From Flavobacteriales bacterium (GTDB lineage: Bacteria; Bacteroidota; Bacteroidia; Flavobacteriales; ECT2AJA-044), in NCBI GenBank assembly GCA_965660515.1, contig CBFIAJ010000003.1:27805-91804 (forward strand): DNA of 64,000 bases, read 5' to 3'. Positions 55,455-64,000 of this stretch are shown here, in pieces. Within the stretch, counting starts at the first letter, position 1; the number at the start of each line of letters is the position of its first letter. The translations under genes and the position numbers were made by a program. The notes under the pieces are model-generated. The model was not told the origin of the DNA and made no database searches. It saw only the letters and a list, made by a program, of their open reading frames with translations.

Positions 55455-55639
55455 TATCGCGATCGATTTCTAATAGACAAAACAACAACGAGTAACCTTC
55501 ATTCGCGGAGTTCTGAGGACATCGATTTCGTTTCAAAACGAATTGAGATATAAGTCGAAACACCATACGACTTTCTCAAGCTGACCAAAGATACAATTTT
55601 TTAGGACTCATGAAAGTGTTTTCTAGAAAAAAATATGGT

Positions 55640-55647
55640 TACTTTTG
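55640..55647 (+). promoter_or_regulatory. -7 box TACTTTTG upstream of prfC
   Basis: Exact TAnnTTTG match 23 nt before the ATG at 55671. It lies inside the over-extended ORF-track start at 55635. Confidence 0.4.
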
Positions 55648-55670
55648 CGCCCTTCCAAAAGCTTGCATTC

Positions 55671-57254
55671 ATGGGATTTCTAGATGAAATAAAGAGACGT
55701 AGAACCTTCGCTGTTATTAGTCACCCCGATGCCGGTAAAACCACATTAACGGAAAAGCTTCTTCTTTTTGGAGGCGCCATCCAAACGGCCGGTGCTGTAA
55801 AGTCCAATAAAATTAAAAAAGGGGCCACTTCTGATTTCATGGAAATTGAGCGTCAAAGAGGTATTTCCGTCGCCACTTCCGTAATGGGCTTCGAATACAG
55901 GGGTAAGAAGATAAATATTCTGGATACCCCTGGTCACCAAGATTTTGCGGAAGACACGTATCGAACTCTTACGGCGGTTGACTCGGTTATTGTGGTAATT
56001 GACGTTGCCAAAGGAGTTGAGGCGCAAACAGAGAAATTGGTAAAAGTCTGTCGCATGCGAAATACGCCGGTCATTGTTTTCATAAACAAACTCGACCGGA
56101 TGGGAAAGGACGCCTTTGATTTATTGGATGAGATTGAAGAGAAGCTCGGCCTGAGCGTTACACCCTTGAGCTGGCCTATTGGCATGGGAAAAGAGCTCAA
56201 GGGCGTATACAGCCTATTTGAAAAGCAACTCGTTTTATTTGACGCGCATGGAAAGCAAGAATTAGACGACTCCATAGTTATCGATGAACTTTCTGATTCG
56301 CGACTCGATTCATTGGTTGACGAGCATTTTGCAACGACCTTGCGGTCGGATGTTGAACTCCTTGAAGGGGTATATCCACCCTTCGAAATAGACACTTATC
56401 GAAAAGGACAGATTTCACCTGTGTTCTTCGGCTCTGCAGTCAACAACTTTGGAGTTCGAGAATTGCTCGATTGTTTTATTCAAGTAGCTCCCCCACCCCA
56501 ACCCACTAAAACAGAAGAGCGTTTCGTAGCTCCGGATGAAAATACGTTTGCCGGATTCGTTTTTAAGATCCACGCAAATATGGATCCGAAACACAGAGAT
56601 CGAATCGCTTTTGTTAAAGTGTGCAGTGGGAATTTCAAAAGAAATACGCCCTACTTGCACGTACGCAACAACAAGCAATTAAAATTTTCTAATCCGACCT
56701 CTTTCATGGCGGAAAAAAAGGAAATTATTGATGTGTCTTATCCGGGCGATATTGTTGGTTTGCACGATACCGGTAACTTTAAAATTGGGGATACGCTTAC
56801 AGAAGGGGAACTACTTCATTTTAAAGGGATCCCGAGCTTTTCCCCCGAGATGTTTAAGGTTATTGAAAACGCAGATCCAATGCGCTACAAGCAATTGGCC
56901 AAAGGAATCGAACAACTCATGGACGAGGGTGTGGCGCAGTTATTTACAATGACACAAAACAACCGAAAAGTTATCGGAACCGTCGGTCAGCTTCAGTTTG
57001 AGGTGATTCAATATCGACTCGAACACGAGTACACCGCGAAATGCCGGTACGAGGGTATTAATGTTCATAAGGCAGTATGGCTCTCAGGGTCGAAGAAGGA
57101 TCTCGATGAATTCGCAAAGCAGAAATATCGAAACATGGCAATGGACAAAGAAGGGCGCCCGGTGTTCATGGCCGATACAGCGTTTGCATTGCAAATGGCT
57201 CAAGATAAATTTCCAGACATAAAATTTCATTTTACCTCTGAGTTCGATTCGTAA
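55671..57254 (+). CDS. prfC: Peptide chain release factor 3
   Basis: GTPase motifs [17 protein letters not shown] and NKLD, with RF3-like length and C-terminal domains. Confidence 0.9.
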   Translation: MGFLDEIKRRRTFAVISHPDAGKTTLTEKLLLFGGAIQTAGAVKSNKIKKGATSDFMEIERQRGISVATSVMGFEYRGKKINILDTPGHQDFAEDTYRTLTAVDSVIVVIDVAKGVEAQTEKLVKVCRMRNTPVIVFINKLDRMGKDAFDLLDEIEEKLGLSVTPLSWPIGMGKELKGVYSLFEKQLVLFDAHGKQELDDSIVIDELSDSRLDSLVDEHFATTLRSDVELLEGVYPPFEIDTYRKGQISPVFFGSAVNNFGVRELLDCFIQVAPPPQPTKTEERFVAPDENTFAGFVFKIHANMDPKHRDRIAFVKVCSGNFKRNTPYLHVRNNKQLKFSNPTSFMAEKKEIIDVSYPGDIVGLHDTGNFKIGDTLTEGELLHFKGIPSFSPEMFKVIENADPMRYKQLAKGIEQLMDEGVAQLFTMTQNNRKVIGTVGQLQFEVIQYRLEHEYTAKCRYEGINVHKAVWLSGSKKDLDEFAKQKYRNMAMDKEGRPVFMADTAFALQMAQDKFPDIKFHFTSEFDS

Positions 57255-57272
57255 GAATTGAGCTCCTTTTTT
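57240..57272 (+). terminator. Hairpin plus U-tract overlapping the prfC stop codon
   Basis: GAGTTCGATTC-gtaa-GAATTGAGCTC (two G-U pairs) followed by CTTTTTTCC. The TAA stop sits in the loop. Confidence 0.5.
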
Positions 57273-57301
57273 CCTATTTTGTTACCTCATAGCGATGTAA
57301 C

Positions 57302-59215
57302 ATGGGAGAAAGTAAGGTCCGATCAGGAAGTAGTTCTGAAGAACTAAAGGAATTCATGAAGCATCTGATTAAAGATATCAGAGCTTTAGAAATCATGATC
57401 GATCGAGGGATGATCGAGGAAAACGTTCACCGCATAGGCGCGGAACAAGAACTGTGTTTGATTGACAAAACCTATCGGCCCGCGCCGAGGGCCTTAGAAA
57501 TATTAGGTGAACTCAATCATGACAAGTTCACGCATGAACTCAGTCGGTTTAATCTCGAAATTAATTTAGACCCACAAGAATTCAAAGGGCCAGCGCTCCG
57601 ACTCATGGAAGAGCAGCTTAAAAAATGCCTTTCGTGTTTGAAAGAAAAGCTTGAGCCAGCAGAGTTAGATTATATTTTAGTAGGCATACTGCCGAGTATT
57701 CGGCTCTCGGACATGACCCTTGAAAATTTAACACCACTACCCCGGTACTTTGCCCTGAATGAGCGACTATCCAAAATGCGTGGTGAAGCCTATGAATTTC
57801 GTATTGAAGGAACCGATGAGTTAATCACGAAGCACGATTCATTAATGTTTGAGAGTTGCAACACGAGCTTTCAAGTACATTTCCAAGTAGGAGCAAGTAA
57901 TTTCACCTCCTTCTACAATTGGGCTCAGGCGATTACGGGACCTGTTTTAAGTGCCTGTACGAATTCACCATTGCTTTTTGGCAAAAGACTCTGGAGAGAA
58001 ACAAGAATCGCCCTTTTTCAGCAAAGCACCGACACTAGAAGTAACCATCAATACGCCCGTGAAGAGGCTCCCCGCGTTCTTCTGGGGAACTCCTGGCTCA
58101 ATGATAGCATTGTAGATCTCTTTAAAGAAGATGTTGCCCGTTACCGCGTTTTGATCAGTTCCGATATAAGCACTGACTCTTTAGATCAGTTAAAGAATGG
58201 AGAGGTCCCCAGTTTGTCCGCCTTGAAAATGCATAACGGAACCATTTACAAATGGAACCGGGCATGCTTTGGTGAAACGAATGGAATTCCCCATTTGCGT
58301 ATTGAAAACAGATATATCCCGTCAGGGCCCACTGTATTGGATGAAATGGCTAATACGGCATTTTGGCTCGGGCTAATGCACGGGATGCCAGAAGAGTACA
58401 GTCAGCTGCATAAAACTCACGATTTTGACATCACAAAGGCCAACTTTAACAGAGCTTGCCGCATGGGCATGGGCTCTATGTTTCGCTGGCTCGACGGCAA
58501 AGTATACAGTGCACAAGATCTAATTTTGGAAGTTCTTATTCCTTTTGCGGAAGAGGGCTTGAGGAAAGCGAAGATTCACGAAAAAGACATAAAAAAATAC
58601 CTTCAAGTAATTAAAGATCGAGTATCTACTGGAAATACAGGAAGTCAATGGATCTTAAATACATATGATCAATTAAAAAACGAGGGCACAAAAGACGAAA
58701 TGATGCTCGCGATTACCGCGGGGATTGCCAAAAGACAGAAAAGAAACGTACCCGTTCACAAATGGTCGCTGGCGAAAATTGGCGAAGCGGGTAGTTGGAT
58801 CAATAGGTATTGGCGAATCGATCAAATTATGTCGGTGAATTTAATTACTGTAAATCAGAATGATCTTCTCGACATGGTTCCTAACATTATGGACTGGCGA
58901 GAAATCCGTCATGTGCTTGTCGAAAATGACAAGAATGAGCTGGTCGGACTTCTAACCTCAGGAACCTTAATTCGCTATTACTCTACCCGTTTAACAGATG
59001 AAACGCAAGAGGCATTAGTAAAAGACGTAATGATCAAGAGCCTTATTACGGTAACGCCCGATACATTGACCAAGGATGCCATATCTTTGATGAGGAAGAA
59101 TAAAATCGGCTGCCTACCGGTGGTTCGTCAGAAAAAAGAACTCATCGGAATCGTCACAGAACATGATTTTGTCAATGTAGCCGATCATTTTCTTCAAGAA
59201 TTTTTGAAGGACTAG
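57302..59215 (+). CDS. Glutamate-cysteine-ligase family 2 (GCS2)-like carboxylate-amine ligase fused to a C-terminal CBS pair
   Basis: The N-terminus (HRIGAEQELCLID...FTHELSRFNLEINLDP) resembles GCS2/YbdK-type ligases. The last 130 aa or so carry two CBS-like modules (IMSVNLITVNQND..., VMIKSLITVTPDT...IGCLPVV...LIGIVTEHDF). Confidence 0.65.
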   Translation: MGESKVRSGSSSEELKEFMKHLIKDIRALEIMIDRGMIEENVHRIGAEQELCLIDKTYRPAPRALEILGELNHDKFTHELSRFNLEINLDPQEFKGPALRLMEEQLKKCLSCLKEKLEPAELDYILVGILPSIRLSDMTLENLTPLPRYFALNERLSKMRGEAYEFRIEGTDELITKHDSLMFESCNTSFQVHFQVGASNFTSFYNWAQAITGPVLSACTNSPLLFGKRLWRETRIALFQQSTDTRSNHQYAREEAPRVLLGNSWLNDSIVDLFKEDVARYRVLISSDISTDSLDQLKNGEVPSLSALKMHNGTIYKWNRACFGETNGIPHLRIENRYIPSGPTVLDEMANTAFWLGLMHGMPEEYSQLHKTHDFDITKANFNRACRMGMGSMFRWLDGKVYSAQDLILEVLIPFAEEGLRKAKIHEKDIKKYLQVIKDRVSTGNTGSQWILNTYDQLKNEGTKDEMMLAITAGIAKRQKRNVPVHKWSLAKIGEAGSWINRYWRIDQIMSVNLITVNQNDLLDMVPNIMDWREIRHVLVENDKNELVGLLTSGTLIRYYSTRLTDETQEALVKDVMIKSLITVTPDTLTKDAISLMRKNKIGCLPVVRQKKELIGIVTEHDFVNVADHFLQEFLKD

Positions 59216-59218
59216 TGA

Positions 59219-60403
59219 ATGGAGATTTTGGAAGAAAGGGAAGCTGTAGTTGATCGGGTTATTATGGACCTGCGGTCCGATAAACCGGGGCCTACTCTTT
59301 TGGTGATTGGCGGGATCCATGGAAATGAACCTTCCGGAGTATTCGCTTTAGAACAAATAGCCGAACATTTCAAAGAACACAATCTTTCACTCGATCGAGG
59401 AAGACTTATTGCGTTTCGCGGTAATCGCCGAGCACTTTCTGAAAAAACGCGTTTCATTAAGCGCGATTTGAACCGAATGTGGCTGTGGGATTTTAAGCAC
59501 CAGTGCCCAATTGACCCCACCACACCAGAGCCCGATGATGAATACGATGAATACTGTGATTTGCAATTCCGCATTCATCAAGCAATTAAAGAACGTACCG
59601 GGCCTATTTGCTTCTTGGACCTCCATACTACTTCGGCCGAAAGCGCTCCCTTCATTATGATCGGCGATACACTCAGAAATAGAGACCTCGTTCAGGGGAT
59701 CCCCGTTCCTATTGTTTTCGGTGTAGAAGAAGAATTAGATGGGCCGTTGTTGAGTTATATAAATGAATTGGGCCACCTATCGGTGGGATTTGAGGCGGGT
59801 AAGCACGACGCGCCAGAAGCTATAGATGCTCATGCCGCCTTAACTTGGGTGATCGCGCACAGATTAGGTCTTATAAATGATGAAACCCAGACGCCTATTG
59901 ATCAAAGCCTTATAAAACTGGCCGAACTCGGGGCGCATTTGAAAAACTTCTACGAAGTTCGTTACCGGCATGGTATTGATTCAAGCGACGATTTCTCGAT
60001 GCGGCTTGGATTTAAAAATTTCCAAGTCGTGCGCAAAAAAGAAGTCATTGCGGACGATAAAAAAGGACCCATTCAAATGCCCGAAAATGGAAGGATTTTT
60101 ATGCCTTTATATCAGAAGAAGGGCAATGACGGTTTCTTTCAAATAAGACGAATAGCACCGTTTTGGCTTGCGTTCTCTAGAAAGCTACGGATGTGGAAAG
60201 CCTATAAGTTAATTGGCTTGTTACCGGGCGTTCGTAAGGAAGGGAACCCACTTTTGCTCAAAGTAAATACTTCTGTTGCTCGTTGGTATCCAAGGCAAAT
60301 TTTTCACCTTCTCGGCTATCGAAAAATCAGAATGTCTGGAGCGTTTTTATACATGGAAAAAAGGCCCTTCGATTTCGAAGAGCCCCCTTTACAATCCTTT
60401 TAA
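59219..60403 (+). CDS. Succinylglutamate desuccinylase/aspartoacylase (AstE/AspA, M14-like) family protein
   Basis: Zinc motif context VIGGIHGNEPSG and DLHTTSA. It starts 3 nt after the upstream stop. Confidence 0.65.
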   Translation: MEILEEREAVVDRVIMDLRSDKPGPTLLVIGGIHGNEPSGVFALEQIAEHFKEHNLSLDRGRLIAFRGNRRALSEKTRFIKRDLNRMWLWDFKHQCPIDPTTPEPDDEYDEYCDLQFRIHQAIKERTGPICFLDLHTTSAESAPFIMIGDTLRNRDLVQGIPVPIVFGVEEELDGPLLSYINELGHLSVGFEAGKHDAPEAIDAHAALTWVIAHRLGLINDETQTPIDQSLIKLAELGAHLKNFYEVRYRHGIDSSDDFSMRLGFKNFQVVRKKEVIADDKKGPIQMPENGRIFMPLYQKKGNDGFFQIRRIAPFWLAFSRKLRMWKAYKLIGLLPGVRKEGNPLLLKVNTSVARWYPRQIFHLLGYRKIRMSGAFLYMEKRPFDFEEPPLQSF

Positions 60404-60412
60404 CACTGACCT

Positions 60413-61057
60413 TTAAGGGCAAACAACATCAAATCGCGACTGGACGTTTAGAGTCACGTTTGGCCACAAAAGTGAAACGCCATCCGCTCCTTTGTGCAAA
60501 TCGTAACAAGCATCATTCAACTTTTCAATTCCCGCCGAGCCATTCCAATTTTTAACATCGATCTCAGCGCTCATTTCGAACAGTCCATTCTCAAAAGTAT
60601 AGTCCATGGGGACTATCTTCTCCAAAGCATTCATTCGGAGGAGCACTTTGGCAATTCCAGCATCCCCTTCTCCGGAAAGCTCTTGAATTTGGCCGTAAAT
60701 AACGTCCGTATTCATTGAACCGAAGAAAAAGGAAATGATCTTATTATTTCGATCTTCATTCTTCGATTCTATGCTCGAAACTGGAATTTTGAAATCCACC
60801 CCGCTTACAACATCGATTATGTTTTCATTTTCTGAGAACCCTTCCGTATAAATTTCCTCAAACGTTCCACTCACTCCAACACGCTCTGTAAATTTATAAC
60901 CCGTCCAAGTGAATTGTGTAGAATCGGCATTATACCGATAAACGCAATTCTCTTCCATTTGGGCATTCGACTCGCTTGCTTCTGCATTTTTCTCTTCTGG
61001 CGAAGCGCATGACGACATGATTACCAAGCTCAATAATACTGGTGCAACTAATTTCAT
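60413..61057 (-). CDS. Lipoprotein, possibly YceI-like
   Basis: Lipoprotein signal LSLVIMSSCAS. FTWTGYKFTERVGVSGTFEEI and SIESKNEDRNNKI are reminiscent of YceI-type beta-barrels. This assignment is weak. Confidence 0.45.
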   Translation of the reverse strand: MKLVAPVLLSLVIMSSCASPEEKNAEASESNAQMEENCVYRYNADSTQFTWTGYKFTERVGVSGTFEEIYTEGFSENENIIDVVSGVDFKIPVSSIESKNEDRNNKIISFFFGSMNTDVIYGQIQELSGEGDAGIAKVLLRMNALEKIVPMDYTFENGLFEMSAEIDVKNWNGSAGIEKLNDACYDLHKGADGVSLLWPNVTLNVQSRFDVVCP

Positions 61058-61059
61058 AT

Positions 61060-61938
61060 TTAAGATTTTATTCTTTTTACCGCTTTAAGCGTATTTAATA
61101 ACAGCGCCGCACGAGTCATAGGCCCGACACCTCCTGGAACGGGAGTCATTGCGCTAGCTTTACTTTTTACATCGTCAAAATCGACGTCTCCCTTTAATCG
61201 GAAACCCGATTTAGTTTCCGTTGAAGGAACTCGGGTTGTACCCACATCAATTACTACAACGCCCTCTTTCAGCATAGAAGACTTAATGAAACCCGGCTTC
61301 CCGATGCCCACAATTAAAATATCGGCAGTGGAAAGAAGGCTCTCTAAATTTTGGGTCCTGCTATGTGCTATGGTTACCGTTGCGTTCCCAGGAGTATTAT
61401 TCTGACTCATTAATATGCCCATCGGTGCACCTACAATATGGCTGCGTCCAACCACCACACATTGTTTGCCCGATGTTTCAACATCATATCTTTTTAATAG
61501 CTCCATCACACCCATTGGAGTGGCCGGCAAAAAAGCGTCCATTCCCAGAGCCATTCTCCCATAATTGGTCGGGTGAAATCCGTCCACATCTTTATTAGGA
61601 TCAATAGCTTCTAATACCCTTTGACCATCAATATGCTTTGGTAGAGGTAATTGAACGATGAAACCATCTACATCGGAATCGCTGTTTAACGCCTCAACTT
61701 CATTTAAAAGCTGTTCTTCAGATACCGAATCATCCAAGGTTATTAAGGTTGAATTGAAACCGACCTCTTTACAGTCGTTAATTTTACCATTTACGTAGCT
61801 GTGACTAGCGCCATCATTACCTACTAAAATAACGGCCAAATGAGGCGTCTTCACCCCTCTCTCTTTCAACCTGGCAACTTCTTCAGCTACCTCTGTTTTA
61901 ATTTGCTTAGCCGTTTCACGACCATCTATACGAATCAT
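61060..61938 (-). CDS. folD: Bifunctional methylenetetrahydrofolate dehydrogenase/cyclohydrolase
   Basis: IDGRETAKQIK, LAVILVGNDGASHSYV, VQLPLP, VVVGRSHIVGAPM and PVPGGVGPMT motifs. The ATG at 61938 is preferred over the TTG at 61947. Confidence 0.9.
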   Translation of the reverse strand: MIRIDGRETAKQIKTEVAEEVARLKERGVKTPHLAVILVGNDGASHSYVNGKINDCKEVGFNSTLITLDDSVSEEQLLNEVEALNSDSDVDGFIVQLPLPKHIDGQRVLEAIDPNKDVDGFHPTNYGRMALGMDAFLPATPMGVMELLKRYDVETSGKQCVVVGRSHIVGAPMGILMSQNNTPGNATVTIAHSRTQNLESLLSTADILIVGIGKPGFIKSSMLKEGVVVIDVGTTRVPSTETKSGFRLKGDVDFDDVKSKASAMTPVPGGVGPMTRAALLLNTLKAVKRIKS

Positions 61939-61947
61939 AATATTCAA

Positions 61948-63294
61948 TTACATGCCCGGTGCCTTACCGCGCATAGCATTCATCATGCTCATCATTTTGC
62001 GGTTTCCTCCACCCTGCATCATTTTCATCATTTTGCTCATTTCGCTGAACTGCTTCAGGAGCCTGTTTACCTCTTGGACGCTCGTTCCACTTCCAATGGC
62101 AATCCTTTTCTTGCGCGATCCATTAATTATTTTGGGATCGACGCGTTCTTTTGGTGTCATCGATTTAATCATGGCCTCTATATGCTTGAAGGCATCATCG
62201 TCGATTTCAACGCCTTTCATGGCCTTGCTCATGCCGGGGATCATACCGAGGAGATCTTTGGTCGACCCCATCTTTTTAATCTGTTCTATTTGCTTTAAGA
62301 AGTCATCAAATCCAAATTGGTTTTTTGCGATTTTCTTTTGAATGCGTCTCGCTTCCTCTTCATCGTATTGTTCTTGGGCTCTTTCTACAAGGGAAACAAC
62401 ATCCCCCATGCCGAGAATTCGATCCGCCATACGCTCTGGATAAAACACATCCAACGCGTCCATTTTTTCTCCAGTACCGACGAATTTAATTGGTTTGTTG
62501 ACGACCGTTCTGATTGAAAGGGCTGCCCCACCACGAGTGTCACCATCGAGTTTCGTCAATACAACCCCATCAAAATCGAGCAAATCATTAAAGGCCTTGG
62601 CTGTATTCACAGCATCCTGACCCGTCATGGAATCAACAACAAATAAAATCTCATTTGGGTTAACCGCGTCCTTGATGTTCGAAATCTCGTTCATCATTTC
62701 TTGATCGACGGCTAATCGACCTGCGGTATCCACAATCACTAAATTCTTTCCGTTGTTCTTGGCGAACTCTATTCCTTTGCGAGCCAAATCAACAGGATCA
62801 TTGTTTCCTTCTTCCGTAAATACGGAAACGCCAATCTGCTCGCCCAACACCTTCAGCTGATCAATTGCAGCAGGGCGATAAACATCTCCTGCGACCAATA
62901 AAGGATGTAAGGCCCGCTTGCTCTTTAAGTACTTTGCAAACTTGGCACTAAAGGTTGTTTTACCCGATCCTTGCAAACCTGCAATGAGAACCACGGAGGG
63001 TTTCCCAGTTAAATCTATATCAACCTGCTCACCTCCCATCAGCTCGGTGAGTTCGTCCTTAACGACTTTCACCATTAACTGACTAGGCTTCAGGCTCGTG
63101 AGCACTTTCTGGCCAATGGCTTTCTCCTTTACGCGAACGGTGAATTCCTTCGCGATCTTGAAATTAACATCGGCATCCAATAATGCTCTTCGCACTTCCT
63201 TTAGCGTGTCGGCAACGTTTACCTCCGTAATCTGGCCGTGCCCTTTTAGGACTTGGAACGCTTTATCTAACTTATCATTTAAACTCTCAAACAT
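61948..63294 (-). CDS. ffh: Signal recognition particle protein Ffh
   Basis: GLQGSGKTT, DTAGR, TKLDGD and a Met-rich M domain at the C-terminus. Trimmed to the ATG at 63294 (MFESLNDKL). Confidence 0.9.
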   Translation of the reverse strand: MFESLNDKLDKAFQVLKGHGQITEVNVADTLKEVRRALLDADVNFKIAKEFTVRVKEKAIGQKVLTSLKPSQLMVKVVKDELTELMGGEQVDIDLTGKPSVVLIAGLQGSGKTTFSAKFAKYLKSKRALHPLLVAGDVYRPAAIDQLKVLGEQIGVSVFTEEGNNDPVDLARKGIEFAKNNGKNLVIVDTAGRLAVDQEMMNEISNIKDAVNPNEILFVVDSMTGQDAVNTAKAFNDLLDFDGVVLTKLDGDTRGGAALSIRTVVNKPIKFVGTGEKMDALDVFYPERMADRILGMGDVVSLVERAQEQYDEEEARRIQKKIAKNQFGFDDFLKQIEQIKKMGSTKDLLGMIPGMSKAMKGVEIDDDAFKHIEAMIKSMTPKERVDPKIINGSRKKRIAIGSGTSVQEVNRLLKQFSEMSKMMKMMQGGGNRKMMSMMNAMRGKAPGM

Positions 63295-63304
63295 GGTGTT
63301 TCTC

Positions 63305-64000
63305 TTACATCTGGTTAGGAACTTCAATGCCTAAAGTGCGCATTGAACTCTTGACTACGTGCCCTACAAATTTACTTAATTGAACACGAAATCCGACTTG
63401 ATTCTCAGTAGGTGCATTGAAAATAGATTCTTTTTGATAGAAACTGTTAAATGCCTTTACAAGTTCATAGGTGTAATTCGCGATTACGGCCGGACTCAAT
63501 TCATCTGCGGCTTGCTGAATCACACCGGGGTATTCCGCCAGCAACTTCAGAATATCATGCTCTGAAGGGGTGAGGTTTTCAATTTCCACTTTTTCGAAAT
63601 GGGCCTTCTCGGCCCGACGAACAAGACTTTGGATACGCGCATGCGCATATTGTATAAATGGCCCCGTATGTCCATTAAAGTCAATAGACTCTTCAGGATC
63701 AAACATCATTCGCTTTTTGGGATCGACCTTGAGAATAAAGTATTTCAATGCACCCATTCCAATCTCGTGATACAGCCTTGTTTTGTCCTCTTGAGACATC
63801 TCTTCAAGTTTGCCGAGCTCTTCGGAGATTTCTTTGGCCGATTGGTCCATTCCAGCCATCAAATCATCTGCGTCAACCACGGTGCCTTCACGCGATTTCA
63901 TCTTGCCGTGAGGCAAATCAACCATCCCATAAGACAGGTGGTGTAAGTTCTTCGCCCAATCGTAACCCAACTTTTCAAGAATTAAAAACAAGACTTTGAA
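63305..64000 (-). CDS. argS: Arginine--tRNA ligase, C-terminal part (5' end beyond the window)
   Basis: The frame stays open to position 64000. It has a KMKSREG (KMSKS-type) loop and a DALR anticodon-binding-like C-terminus ending ...LGIEVPNQM. Confidence 0.8.
   Translation of the reverse strand, partial: FKVLFLILEKLGYDWAKNLHHLSYGMVDLPHGKMKSREGTVVDADDLMAGMDQSAKEISEELGKLEEMSQEDKTRLYHEIGMGALKYFILKVDPKKRMMFDPEESIDFNGHTGPFIQYAHARIQSLVRRAEKAHFEKVEIENLTPSEHDILKLLAEYPGVIQQAADELSPAVIANYTYELVKAFNSFYQKESIFNAPTENQVGFRVQLSKFVGHVVKSSMRTLGIEVPNQM

Noticed and set aside
1-64000. CRISPR arrays, rRNA genes, transposases/IS elements and prophage genes
   Set aside because: I looked for regularly spaced direct repeats, long non-coding conserved blocks and recombinase-like ORFs on both strands and found none. 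The only repeats seen are the short ones reported above.

Overview
The window looks like a chromosomal segment of a Bacteroidota (Flavobacteriia-like) genome. This rests on two proteins with C-terminal T9SS sorting domains, TAnnTTTG-type -7 promoter boxes close to start codons, a split transketolase, and a cdaA-folP / DUF1599 / DoxX-like / permease / tpiA / prmA gene order. I call about 55 protein genes and one tRNA-Arg(ACG).

Most of the window is tightly packed housekeeping. It includes recF, ribH, cdaA, folP, tpiA, prmA, clpS, parE/parC, ychF, tktN/tktC, priA, prfC, folD, ffh and an argS fragment. It also holds an ECF sigma module, two sodium:solute symporters and a five-gene thiol-redox cluster. 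Many neighbouring genes overlap by 1-4 nt.

The clear outlier is an AT-rich islet of about 3.7 kb (26126-29810) beside tRNA-Arg. It has a 735-nt non-coding leader carrying hairpins, terminators on both strands and short repeats. This is followed by two translationally coupled paralogous proteins (470 and 499 aa) that look all-alpha and carry no motif I recognise. This is my best candidate for an undescribed system, but its function is unknown.

Secondary oddities:
- A membrane/basic protein is coupled between parE and parC.
- A secreted VWA protein is inserted between the two transketolase halves.
- A GCS2-like ligase fused to CBS domains is paired with an AstE/AspA-type hydrolase.
- A 1472-aa orphan secreted protein lies between prmA and clpS.
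- An unannotated 40-codon membrane ORF is coupled to a symporter.

I saw no CRISPR array, rRNA, transposase or integrase. All family names come from motif recognition and recall, not from database searches.
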